Positions 1-8,023 of a stretch of 32,000 nucleotides of DNA are shown piece after piece (the stretch's first letter is position 1; every line of letters begins with the position of its first letter). The notes under the pieces are model-generated. The model saw nothing but the letters and a program-made list of their open reading frames with translations, was not told where the DNA came from and searched no databases. A program made the position numbers and the translations under genes. The stretch is from Alkalilimnicola ehrlichii MLHE-1 (GTDB taxonomy: Bacteria; Pseudomonadota; Gammaproteobacteria; Nitrococcales; Halorhodospiraceae). The stretch covers positions 2,310,001-2,342,000 of the forward strand of contig NC_008340.1 in NCBI RefSeq assembly GCF_000014785.1. Direction: 5' to 3'.

Positions 1-292
1 GGGCGCACCGGACCTCCTCACGCACCATCCCCAGACTGCGGTCCTCCAGGATGCGCAGGTGATCGTCCGAAATCGGCGCCCAGAAGCTGGGCCAGCCGGA
101 GCCGGAGTCATACTTGGCCCTGCTGGAGAACAACGGCGCATCACAGCACACGCAGTGATAGGTGCCCGGCTCCTTGCAATGGTAGTAGGCGCCGGAGAAC
201 GGTTGCTCCGTGCCCCCCTGGCGACAAACCGCGTATTGCTCATCCGTCAATTGCGCCCGCCACTCGGCATCGCTCTTCTCCACCTCAACCAT
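1..292 (-). CDS. msrB: peptide-methionine (R)-S-oxide reductase MsrB, 3' end cut by window edge
   Basis: Absent from the ORF track because it runs off the window. The reverse complement from ATG at 292 reads MVEVEKSDAEWRAQLTDEQYAVCRQGGTEQPFSGAYYHCKEPGTYHCVCCDAPLFSSRAKYDSGSGWPSFWAPI... This shows the CxxC zinc motif and the GSGWPSF signature of SelR/MsrB. Confidence 0.85.
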   Translation of the reverse strand, partial: MVEVEKSDAEWRAQLTDEQYAVCRQGGTEQPFSGAYYHCKEPGTYHCVCCDAPLFSSRAKYDSGSGWPSFWAPISDDHLRILEDRSLGMVREEVRCA

Positions 293-365
293 GATCTCTC
301 TCCTCCTGCTGTTCGGTCGGGAGGGCGTTTGGCCCCTGCGCGCTCTTTACCCCGGAAGCATGGCG

Positions 366-1091
366 CTAGTCGCACGCGATCGCCACCAGCCGGGGCAGCC
401 ATTCCGCCGCCTTGCCCCGCAGGCGGTAGAGGGTGCGCCCCTTCAGGGGGGTGGGTTCCGGGTTGATCTCCACCACCGGAACGCCGGCGGCCAGGGCCTC
501 CGCCGGCAGCGAGGCCGCCGGCTGAACCAACGTCGATGTGCCCACGCTGAGCACCAGGTCCGCCTCGGAGACGGCGCCAAGGGCGCGCCGCAGGGCCGGC
601 TCCGGGAGCATCTCACCGAACCAGACCACGTCGGGCCGCAGCGGACCGCCGCACTGGGCACAGACCCGCGCCGGCGTCTCCGCCCGCTCACCACAATGGT
701 GGCAGCGGTCGCGGTCGATCCGGCCGTGCAGTTCCACCACGTTCCGGCTACCGGCCCGCTGGTGCAGCCCGTCCACGTTCTGGGTGACGATCACCAGCGC
801 TGCACACGCCGCCTCCCAGCGCGCCAGCGCCTGGTGCCCGGCGTGGGGCCGGGCCTTGGCCACCTGCTCCCGGCGCCAGGCGTACCAGTCCAGCACCCGT
901 TGTGGATGGCGCTCAAAGGCCTCCGGGGTGGCCAGTTCCACGGGGTCGAACCGGGCCCACAGACCGCTCTGCGCCTCCCGGAAGGTGGGCACGCCGCTCT
1001 CGGCGGACATGCCGGCGCCGGTGAGCACCACCGGCCGGCGAGCGCCCCGCAGGTGTTCCATCAGGTCCGTATCAAGGGGCACGTTGGCCAC
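366..1091 (-). CDS. cobB: NAD-dependent protein deacylase, Sir2/CobB family
   Basis: 241-aa ORF with sirtuin motifs: VVLTGAGMSAESGVPTFR, TQNVDGLHQRAG, a catalytic His in VELHG, and Zn-ribbon cysteines CHHCG...CAQCGG. GTG start at 1091 is preceded by GGGAG. Confidence 0.9.
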   Translation of the reverse strand: MANVPLDTDLMEHLRGARRPVVLTGAGMSAESGVPTFREAQSGLWARFDPVELATPEAFERHPQRVLDWYAWRREQVAKARPHAGHQALARWEAACAALVIVTQNVDGLHQRAGSRNVVELHGRIDRDRCHHCGERAETPARVCAQCGGPLRPDVVWFGEMLPEPALRRALGAVSEADLVLSVGTSTLVQPAASLPAEALAAGVPVVEINPEPTPLKGRTLYRLRGKAAEWLPRLVAIACD

Positions 1092-1165
1092 ATCCCACTC
1101 CCGCTTTCGCTACAATGGCCCACCGCGACAGCATGACCCATCAGCCAGAGGGAACCCAAGCGATC

Positions 1166-2380
1166 ATGAGCGAGATCATCCTCATCAACGTCTCCGGCCA
1201 GGACCAACCCGGGCTTACCTCCTCGCTGATGGGCATCCTGGCCGAATACAACGTGGGCATCCTGGATATCGGCCAGGCGATGATCCATGACACCCTCTCC
1301 CTCGGCATCCTCATCGAGGTGCCGGAGGAGGCCAATGTCTCGCCGGTGCTCAAGGATGTGCTCTTCCACCTGCATGAGAAGGGGATGCAGGTGCGCTTCA
1401 CCCCGGTCAGCGCCGAGGACTACAGCGCCTGGGTGGCCGGGGCCGGCCGCGCCCGTTACATCATCACCCTGCTGGGCCGGCGGATCACCGCCGAGCAGAT
1501 CGCCCGCATCGCCAGTGTGATCAGCGCCCAGGGCCAGAACATCGAGGATGTCATCCGGCTCTCCGGCCGCCGCCCCCTGCACAAGGCGGATGAACGCTCC
1601 CGCGCCTGTATCGAGCTGACGGTGCGCGGCCAGCCGGTGGACCTGGATACCATGAAGCGGGACTTTCTGGAGATCTCCGGCCAACTGGGCATCGATATCT
1701 CCTTCCAGGAGGACAACGTCTATCGTCGCAACCGGCGCCTGGTGGCCTTCGACATGGATTCCACCCTGATCCAGCAGGAGGTCATTGACGAGATGGCCAA
1801 GGCGGCGGGCGTGGGCGATCAGGTTTCGGCGGTGACCGCGGCCGCCATGCGCGGCGAGATCGATTTCAAGGAGAGCCTGCGCCAGCGGGTGGCCTGTCTG
1901 GAGGGGCTGCCGGAGTCCACCCTGCGGAGCGTGGCCGACCGCCTGACCCTCACCGAGGGGGCGGAACGCCTGGTGCGCACCCTGAAAAGCTTTGGCTACC
2001 GCACGGCGATCATCTCCGGCGGCTTCACCTACTTTGGGCGCATGCTGCAGGAGCGCCTGGCGATCGACTACGTGTTCGCCAACGAGTTGGAGATCGAGAA
2101 TGGCCTGCTGACCGGCCGGGTCACCGGCCCGATCGTGGACGGCCCGCGCAAGGCCGAGCTGTTGCGCGAGATCGCTCAGCGCGAGCAGATCCGGCTGGAG
2201 CAGGTGATCGCCATCGGCGACGGCGCCAACGACCTGCCCATGCTGCGTCTGGCCGGCCTGGGCATCGCCTTCCACGCCAAACCGGTGGTACGGGAGAGCG
2301 CCCGCCAGTCCATCTCCACGCTGGGCCTGGACGCCACCCTCTACCTGATGGGTATCAAGGATACCGAGACACCGGCCTGA
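1166..2380 (+). CDS. serB: phosphoserine phosphatase SerB with N-terminal ACT-like regulatory domains
   Basis: HAD motifs are present: motif I FDMDSTLI, the SGGF region, and IAIGDGANDLPML. The N-terminus IILINVSGQDQPGLTS is ACT-like. The ORF opens at 1115, but I prefer the ATG at 1166 (MSEIILINV) because homologous SerB proteins begin at this motif. Confidence 0.88.
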   Translation: MSEIILINVSGQDQPGLTSSLMGILAEYNVGILDIGQAMIHDTLSLGILIEVPEEANVSPVLKDVLFHLHEKGMQVRFTPVSAEDYSAWVAGAGRARYIITLLGRRITAEQIARIASVISAQGQNIEDVIRLSGRRPLHKADERSRACIELTVRGQPVDLDTMKRDFLEISGQLGIDISFQEDNVYRRNRRLVAFDMDSTLIQQEVIDEMAKAAGVGDQVSAVTAAAMRGEIDFKESLRQRVACLEGLPESTLRSVADRLTLTEGAERLVRTLKSFGYRTAIISGGFTYFGRMLQERLAIDYVFANELEIENGLLTGRVTGPIVDGPRKAELLREIAQREQIRLEQVIAIGDGANDLPMLRLAGLGIAFHAKPVVRESARQSISTLGLDATLYLMGIKDTETPA

Positions 2381-2576
2381 GTCGATGGCGGGCGGGGTGT
2401 TCCGGTGGGCCGCCTTGCGCGCACCGAGCAACGCAGGGAAAAATCGGGAAAAGCGCGTGCCTGTTCGAGCGAAGCGAGTTCACGCGCGCCGATTTTTCCC
2501 GAGTAGCGCAGGGCACCCCGAAGGGGTGCGCGCTTGAAGGCCCACCGGAACACCCCGCCCGCCATCGACTCAGGCC
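2374..2576. repeat. ~203-bp palindromic (MITE/REP-like) element with perfect 37-bp terminal inverted repeats
   Basis: 2374-2410 (ggcctgagtcgatggcgggcggggtgttccggtgggc) is the exact reverse complement of 2540-2576. Internal blocks also pair: gcgcgcacc, gggaaaaatcgg/ccgatttttccc, and gcgcgtg/cacgcgc. The serB stop codon (2378-2380) lies inside the left arm. Confidence 0.65.
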
Positions 2577-2666
2577 AGACTCAATCGGCGTTTACGGTGT
2601 CGACCTATTTGCAGATAATCCATCAGGGGAATCGGTGTTGGGACGCCAAGAACACAAGGGGGCGAA

Positions 2667-3725
2667 ATGAGCTGTCCAGGTTGCGAGAAGGTCCCGAAGC
2701 AACCGCAGGGTGCGGGAACACTCTACATCCTGCCCGCCCAACCGCACGCGGCCGCCACCATCGTCGAGGCCCTGGTGGGCGACGGCCTGACGCCAGAGCA
2801 GCACGGCGACTCGATCCTAGCCGTGCCGGTGGAGCCCGGGGCGTTGAACCGGATCATGGCGCTGCTCGGCGGTGCCCTGACGCCACAGGAGCAGGCCGCC
2901 TGCCAGGCGAATTTCTTCGCCGACGGCGGCGACTGGTCCCCCGAGACGCTGCTGGCGACCCGCCCGCTGGACGTGCTGGTGGCGCGCAGTCAGTTTGTCT
3001 GGCTGAACGAACTGATCGAGGACCTGCGGCTGCAGATGCACTTTCAGCCCATCGTCCACGCCGATGATGGCCGCACGATCTTCGCCTACGAATCGCTGGC
3101 CCGCGGCCTGGACCACGCGGGGCAATTGATCTCCCCGGGCCGGCTCTTCCCCGCAGCGCGGGCGGCCAATCTCCTGTTTCACCTGGATCGGGCGGCACGC
3201 ATCAGCGCCATCCGACAATCCCACCAGCACCGTATCCAGCAGCCGGTGTTCATCAACTTCAATCCCACCGCCATCTACGACCCGGGCTTCTGCCTGCGTA
3301 CCACCTTCAAGGAGGTCCGGCGGCTGGGCATCGACCCGGCCAATTTCGTCTTCGAGGTGGTGGAGACCGACTCGGTGACCGACGAGACCCACCTCAAGTC
3401 CATCCTCGAGGAGTACCGCCGGCAGGGCTTTCGTATCGCACTGGATGACCTGGGGGCGGGATTCGGCTCACTGACACTGCTGAAACAGATCCGCCCCGAC
3501 TTCATCAAACTGGACCGGGAACTGGTGGACGGGGTGCACTGGGACAACTACAAGGCGTCCATCACCGCGCACCTGATCCGCATGGGCAAGGATCTGCAGG
3601 TCCGGATCATCGCCGAGGGCATCGAACAGCCGGAGGATTGGCACTGGCTGCGCGAGCGCGGCGTGGACTACGTCCAGGGTTTCCACTTCGCCCGGCCCGC
3701 CTCACCGCCTCCCGTCCTGGGCTGA
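2667..3725 (+). CDS. EAL-domain c-di-GMP phosphodiesterase with uncharacterised ~130-aa N-terminal domain
   Basis: EAL-domain signature residues are present: FQPIV, YESLARG (EAL variant ESL), INFNP, FEVVE, ALDDLGAGF, IKLD, IAEGIE and YVQGF. The N-terminus begins MSCPGCEK (CxxC). Confidence 0.85.
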   Translation: MSCPGCEKVPKQPQGAGTLYILPAQPHAAATIVEALVGDGLTPEQHGDSILAVPVEPGALNRIMALLGGALTPQEQAACQANFFADGGDWSPETLLATRPLDVLVARSQFVWLNELIEDLRLQMHFQPIVHADDGRTIFAYESLARGLDHAGQLISPGRLFPAARAANLLFHLDRAARISAIRQSHQHRIQQPVFINFNPTAIYDPGFCLRTTFKEVRRLGIDPANFVFEVVETDSVTDETHLKSILEEYRRQGFRIALDDLGAGFGSLTLLKQIRPDFIKLDRELVDGVHWDNYKASITAHLIRMGKDLQVRIIAEGIEQPEDWHWLRERGVDYVQGFHFARPASPPPVLG

Positions 3726-3739
3726 GGCCGCCCCGCACC

Positions 3740-5197
3740 TCAACCCAGTCCGTGGCGCCGCAGCTTGCGGTAAAGGGTCCGCTCACTCACCCCGAGCAGG
3801 CGGGCCAGGCTGGCCCGGTCGCCCTGATGCAGGGCCAGTGCCCGGCCCAGATAGTGCGCCTCCGCCTCCTCCAGGCTCAGCAGCTCGTCCTCCGGCAGCA
3901 CCGCAAGCCCCTGCCGCCCCCTGACCTCTGGTGACAGGTGCTCTGGCAGGATCTCCGGGCCGTCCGCCAGCAGGCTCGCACGCTCCAGGACATTGCGCAG
4001 CTCGCGGACATTGCCCGGAAAGTCATAGCCCTGGAGCTCCGCCAATGCCTCGTCGGAGAGATACCGCCCCTGGCCGTACTGCAGCCGGCGCAGGATGGCC
4101 TGACAGAGCAGCGGCAGGTCATCCAGCCGCGCGCGCAGTGGCGGCACATCGATGGGAAAGGTGGAGATCCGGTAGTAGAGGTCTTCGCGGAACTGGCCCT
4201 GCTCCACCATCCGCCGCAAGTCGCGGTGGGTGGCCGCCACGAGGCGGAAATCGGCCCGCCGCGGCTCGACACTGCCCACCCGGCGGAAGCTGCGAGTCTC
4301 CAGCAGGCGCAGCAGCTTGACCTGGAGGGCCAGGGGGATATCCCCCACCTCGTCGAGGAAGAGCGTCCCGCCCGAGGCCGCCTCCACCAGGCCGATCCGC
4401 GAGGAGACCGCACCGGTGAACGAGCCCTTCTCATGACCGAACAGCTCGCTCTCGAACAGGGTCTCGGTGAGCCCCGAGCAGTCCACCGGCACGAAAGGCG
4501 CCTCCTGGCGCAGGCTGGCCTGGTGCACGGCACGGGCCACCAACTCCTTGCCGGTCCCGGTCTCGCCCTGCAGCAGCACAGAGGCATCGCTGGGGGCGGC
4601 CCGGCTGATCAGCCCAAGCATCCGGTTGAAGGCGCGGCAGCGGCCGGTCAGCTCACCGCCGTTGGCCTGGGCACTGGCCACCGGCAGCCGGCGCAACACC
4701 TCAATAAAGAACTGCACCTGCCCGTCCGGCCCGGGGACCGGCCAGGTCTCCACATCCACGTGCTCCTGACCCTCAGGGCCATGATGGACGTGCAGCACCC
4801 GGTGCCGCCGCCCGGAGCGCAAGGACTCGCGCAGCGGACAGGCCTCACCGGCCTGGTCACAGGGGACGTTGTAGTGGTGGGAGACCTCGAAACAGCGCTG
4901 CCCCCGGTCGATGGGGGCATCGCCGTAGAGGCGTTGGTAGGCGTCGTTGGCCGCGACGATCACGTAGTCGAGGCCGATCAGGATGGCCGCCTCGTCAAAG
5001 GCCTCCAGCATCGCCCGCGCATCGGGCTGCCAGCGCCCGGTGCCCCCTGCCGTGCCCACCTGCTCCGGTAGCCGGCACTCACCCTCTTCCTTGAGCGGGC
5101 AGGGTTCCACCTCGGCATCCCGCAGGATGCATTGATCGGGGGCGTTGCGGGCACAGGGGCCACGAGGATCGTCACTCATGGCCCCATGATAGCCCAT
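3740..5197 (-). CDS. sigma-54-dependent transcriptional activator (Cys-rich N-terminus + PAS-like sensor, AAA+, Fis-type HTH)
   Basis: AAA+ motifs: Walker [15 protein letters not shown] (GAFTGA variant), Walker B LFLDEVG. C-terminal HTH: [21 protein letters not shown]. The track ORF extends to 5524 but would overlap cydB. ATG at 5197 sits 5 nt after GAAGGAGG and 17 bp downstream of the cydB stop. Confidence 0.88.
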   Translation of the reverse strand: MGYHGAMSDDPRGPCARNAPDQCILRDAEVEPCPLKEEGECRLPEQVGTAGGTGRWQPDARAMLEAFDEAAILIGLDYVIVAANDAYQRLYGDAPIDRGQRCFEVSHHYNVPCDQAGEACPLRESLRSGRRHRVLHVHHGPEGQEHVDVETWPVPGPDGQVQFFIEVLRRLPVASAQANGGELTGRCRAFNRMLGLISRAAPSDASVLLQGETGTGKELVARAVHQASLRQEAPFVPVDCSGLTETLFESELFGHEKGSFTGAVSSRIGLVEAASGGTLFLDEVGDIPLALQVKLLRLLETRSFRRVGSVEPRRADFRLVAATHRDLRRMVEQGQFREDLYYRISTFPIDVPPLRARLDDLPLLCQAILRRLQYGQGRYLSDEALAELQGYDFPGNVRELRNVLERASLLADGPEILPEHLSPEVRGRQGLAVLPEDELLSLEEAEAHYLGRALALHQGDRASLARLLGVSERTLYRKLRRHGLG

Positions 5198-5214
5198 TAC
5201 CCCCTCCTTCGGCC

Positions 5215-6216
5215 TCAGTGATAACCCTCGCCAGGGCGCACCTTGCCGCGGAAGACCCAGTAGGTCCAGGCGGTATACCCCATGACCACGGGCAGCAAGA
5301 GGAGCATGCCCACCAGCAGGAAGAGCTGGGCATCCGGGCTGGACGAGGCATCCCAGAAGGTGTGGTGCGGCGGCACCGCGTAGGGCCACATGCTGATCAG
5401 CAGACCCACGTAGAAGGTGGCAAACAGGGCCATGGCGGCAACGAAGGGCGTCCCCTCCTGGCGCTGCTGCAAGGCCCGCCACAACCAGTAGCTGACCAGC
5501 AGCGTCACCACCGGGAAGAGCCACAACCAGTTCAGGTTATCCAGCCACCGGCTCATGACCTCGGCATGGGCCAACGGGGTCCACAGGCTGACGATGACGA
5601 AGAAGGCCAACACGGCCAGGAGCGTACGGCTGGCGACCCGGCGTGCCCAGTCCTGCAGCTCCCCCTCGGTCTTCATGATCAGCCAGGTGGCGCCCAACAG
5701 CGCGTAGCCGGCCACCACGCCGAGACCGGTCATCACGACGAACGGCGTCAGCCAGTCCAGCGGACCGCCCACATAGGTGAAGCCTTCGGTCTCGAAACCC
5801 TGGATGTAGGCCCCGACCACGGCGCCCTGGGCGAAGGAGGCCACCCCGGAACCCAGGGTGAAGGCCCAGTTCCAGAAGGGCCGGGAACGGTTCGCCTTGG
5901 CCCGGAACTCGAACGCCACCCCGCGGAAGATCAAGCCCGCCAGAAGCAGGAAGACACCGATGTAGAGCGCCGGCAGAAAGACCGAGTAGACCAGCGGGAA
6001 GGCGCCCAGCAGGCCGGCACCACCCAGCACCAGCCAGGTCTCGTTGCCGTCCCACACCGGGGCCACCGAGTCCATCATCAGGTCACGCTCCTCCTCGCCG
6101 GGGGCGAAGGGATAGAGAATCCCCACGCCCAGGTCGAAGCCGTCGAGCAGGACGTACATGAACACGCCCAGCCCGATAATGGCAATCCAGACCAGAGTCA
6201 GATCAATCAATTCCAT
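5215..6216 (-). CDS. cydB: cytochrome bd-type quinol oxidase subunit II
   Basis: MELIDLTLVWIAIIGLGVFMYVLLDGFDLGVGIL...VAPVWDGNETWLVLGG are hallmark CydB motifs. ATG at 6216 is preceded by GGGAGG. The longer track ORF (to 6513) overlaps cydA and was trimmed. Confidence 0.9.
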   Translation of the reverse strand: MELIDLTLVWIAIIGLGVFMYVLLDGFDLGVGILYPFAPGEEERDLMMDSVAPVWDGNETWLVLGGAGLLGAFPLVYSVFLPALYIGVFLLLAGLIFRGVAFEFRAKANRSRPFWNWAFTLGSGVASFAQGAVVGAYIQGFETEGFTYVGGPLDWLTPFVVMTGLGVVAGYALLGATWLIMKTEGELQDWARRVASRTLLAVLAFFVIVSLWTPLAHAEVMSRWLDNLNWLWLFPVVTLLVSYWLWRALQQRQEGTPFVAAMALFATFYVGLLISMWPYAVPPHHTFWDASSSPDAQLFLLVGMLLLLPVVMGYTAWTYWVFRGKVRPGEGYH

Positions 6217-6223
6217 GGTGTTG

Positions 6224-7636
6224 TTACCTCCCGCTGGGCTGCGGCATCTCATCATCAAAAGTGGTACCGGCGGCGGACATCGGCCGCTTGGGGTGACCCC
6301 CTTCGCTGGGTGTCTCCACCTCAATCGCTTCCGGACCCTTGCGCACCACTCGGGTGACGTAATAGACGCCCGCACTGAAGACCACGGCGTAGACCGCCAC
6401 GTAGCCGATGAGCGAGAACAGGGCCATCCCCCCGGTAAGCGAGGGCGAGACCGCCTCCTCATACCGCATGATGCCGTGCACCACCCAGGGCATGCGCCCG
6501 ACCTCGGTGACAAACCAGCCGGACAGCACCGCCAGGAAGGGCGCGGGGATCATCCAGGAAAAGCCGCGCAGCAGCTTCTCAGACTCCCACAGGGTGCCAC
6601 GCCACTGCTTCCAGGCGCCCACCAGCGCCATCACGATCATCAGCAGGCCGATGCCCACCATGATGCGGAAGGCCCAGAAGACGATGGGCATATTGGGCCG
6701 GTCCTCCGGTGCCCAATCCTTCAGGCCGTGCACCTCGCCATCCAGGGAGTGGGTCAGGATCAGGCTGGCACCGTAGGGGATGCCGATCTCCATGAAGTTG
6801 CGCTCCTGCTCCATGCTCGGGATGGCGAAAAGCAGCAACGGCGCACCCGACTGGGTCTCCCAGGTGCCCTCCATGGCGGCCACCTTCTCCGGCTGATGCT
6901 CGAAGGTGTTCAGGCCATGGATGTCACCTACCACCAGCTGAGCCGGCGCAACGATGGCGAGCAGCACCAGGGTCATGCCCAGCGCCTTGCGCGACTCCAC
7001 CACCGCGCGGTCGCGGAGCAGATACCAGGCACTCACCCCCGCGACCACGAAACCGGCAGTCAGGAAGGAGGCCAATGCCATGTGGAAGAAACGCGGCCAG
7101 AAGGAAGGATTGAAGATCGCCTCCATCCAGGACGTTATCTGGAACACCCCGCCCTGAAGCTCAACGCCCGCCGGGGTTTGCATCCAGCTATTGGCCGAGA
7201 GGATCCAGAAGGATGAGATAAACGTCCCGATGGCCACCATGCAGGCCGCGAAAAGGTGTGTGCCCCGGGGCACTTTATTACGCCCGAAAAGCAGGATGCC
7301 CAGGAACACCGCCTCGAGGAAGAAGGCCGTGATCACCTCGTAGCTGAGGATAGGCCCAAGGAAATTGGCCGAGGCGTATGAGAACGCGCTCCAGTTCGTG
7401 CCGAACTGGAACGACATGACGATACCCGAAACCACGCCCATACCGAAGACCACGGCAAAGACCTGGGTCCAGAACTTGGCCAAGCGCTCGTACACGGGGT
7501 TGCCGGTGCGGTACAGCAGCCCCTCCAGGGCAGCGATGTACGATGCCAACCCGATGGTGAACACCGGGAATATGGCGTGGAAGGACACCACGAACCCGAA
7601 CTGTAGTCGGGACAGGAAAACCGGATCCAGCTCCAT
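6224..7636 (-). CDS. cydA: cytochrome bd-type quinol oxidase subunit I, short Q-loop (CIO-like length, ~470 aa)
   Basis: MELDPVFLSRLQFGFVVSFHAIFPVFTIGLA...GTNWSAF...EVITAFFLEAVFLG...NSWMQTPAG are CydA signatures. ATG at 7636 lies 6 nt after GGAGG. Its stop is 7 nt from the cydB start. Confidence 0.9.
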   Translation of the reverse strand: MELDPVFLSRLQFGFVVSFHAIFPVFTIGLASYIAALEGLLYRTGNPVYERLAKFWTQVFAVVFGMGVVSGIVMSFQFGTNWSAFSYASANFLGPILSYEVITAFFLEAVFLGILLFGRNKVPRGTHLFAACMVAIGTFISSFWILSANSWMQTPAGVELQGGVFQITSWMEAIFNPSFWPRFFHMALASFLTAGFVVAGVSAWYLLRDRAVVESRKALGMTLVLLAIVAPAQLVVGDIHGLNTFEHQPEKVAAMEGTWETQSGAPLLLFAIPSMEQERNFMEIGIPYGASLILTHSLDGEVHGLKDWAPEDRPNMPIVFWAFRIMVGIGLLMIVMALVGAWKQWRGTLWESEKLLRGFSWMIPAPFLAVLSGWFVTEVGRMPWVVHGIMRYEEAVSPSLTGGMALFSLIGYVAVYAVVFSAGVYYVTRVVRKGPEAIEVETPSEGGHPKRPMSAAGTTFDDEMPQPSGR

Positions 7637-7692
7637 TATCGACCTCCGTTGCAAAACTGCGATGCTGCAGCGAGCTGTTCGTCTGCAGCTTC

Positions 7693-7708
7693 AGCAAGTG
7701 CCATGCCA
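7693..7708 (-). promoter_or_regulatory. candidate sigma-54 (-24/-12) promoter of cydAB
   Basis: The minus strand reads TGGCAT-GGCAC-TTGCT. The consensus is TGGCAC-N5-TTGCW, so there is one mismatch, correct GG/GC spacing, and ~57 nt to the cydA ATG. A sigma-54 activator gene lies immediately downstream of cydB. Confidence 0.6.
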
Positions 7709-7812
7709 CCGTGCAGCCGCCTGAAAGCGATGCCTGATTCCGTTTCGGGATCATGGCCTTACAAAGGACCGCCCGGCCACCGGGTGGCCGTTTGACCCGA
7801 TCGACCTGTGGG

Positions 7813-7847
7813 ATATGACAGCCATGTGTGTCATATGGCTGTCATAT
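7813..7847. promoter_or_regulatory. 13-9-13 perfect inverted repeat, candidate upstream activator sequence
   Basis: ATATGACAGCCAT-gtgtgtcat-ATGGCTGTCATAT. The octamer TGTCATAT occurs three times (7813-7820 inverted, 7829-7836, 7840-7847). It lies ~105-140 bp upstream of the -24 element. A second perfect palindrome, GGCCACC-g-GGTGGCC, is at 7775-7789. Confidence 0.45.
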
Positions 7848-8023
7848 CTGACATGATCACTAAACTCCCGAACCATGGATAACAAACGGCCTGCCTACTG
7901 CCAGCACTGACTATCATAGTCTGCCCCGGCCTCCGCACGCCCCCCTCCTGCGACAATCGGACGCAGTGCGACTGCCACTAACGACAGAGACTCAGCGTAT
8001 CGCTCTGTTATCCAACCGGAGCG

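Noticed and set aside
1061-2431. 456-aa ORF antisense to serB, and similar long shadow ORFs: 210-1136(+), 3938-5071(+), 5218-6357(+), 6158-7216(+), 8042-9106(+), 9097-10611(+), 10598-11320(-), 11904-12863(+), 13957-15231(+), 15797-16771(+), 17470-18456(+), 18469-19242(+), 21060-22514(+), 22623-23615(+), 23422-24738(+), 28890-30779(+), 30892-31632(-)
   Set aside because: Each lies opposite a gene with clear family motifs. Their translations are Arg/Pro/Gly/His/Ala-rich low-complexity strings with no recognisable domains, the usual open antisense frames of high-GC DNA.
3740-5524. 5'-extended versions of real genes in the ORF track: activator to 5524, cydB to 6513, cydA to 7654, GGT to 10500, proline-racemase-like to 23630, AIR-synthase-related to 30401, serB from 1115
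   Set aside because: The extensions overlap upstream genes or lack ribosome-binding sites. Internal starts with good SD sequences give proteins that begin at conserved family N-termini.
7792-7805. Possible FNR/ANR box TTGAC-CCGA-TCGAC upstream of cydA
   Set aside because: Only the left half-site resembles TTGAT. The right half matches ATCAA at a single position, so the match is too weak to call.
7985-8008. Weak hairpin CAGAG-N13-CTCTG just past the TauE stop, considered as a terminator
   Set aside because: The stem is short, the loop is large and there is no U-tract, so a terminator call is not supportable.
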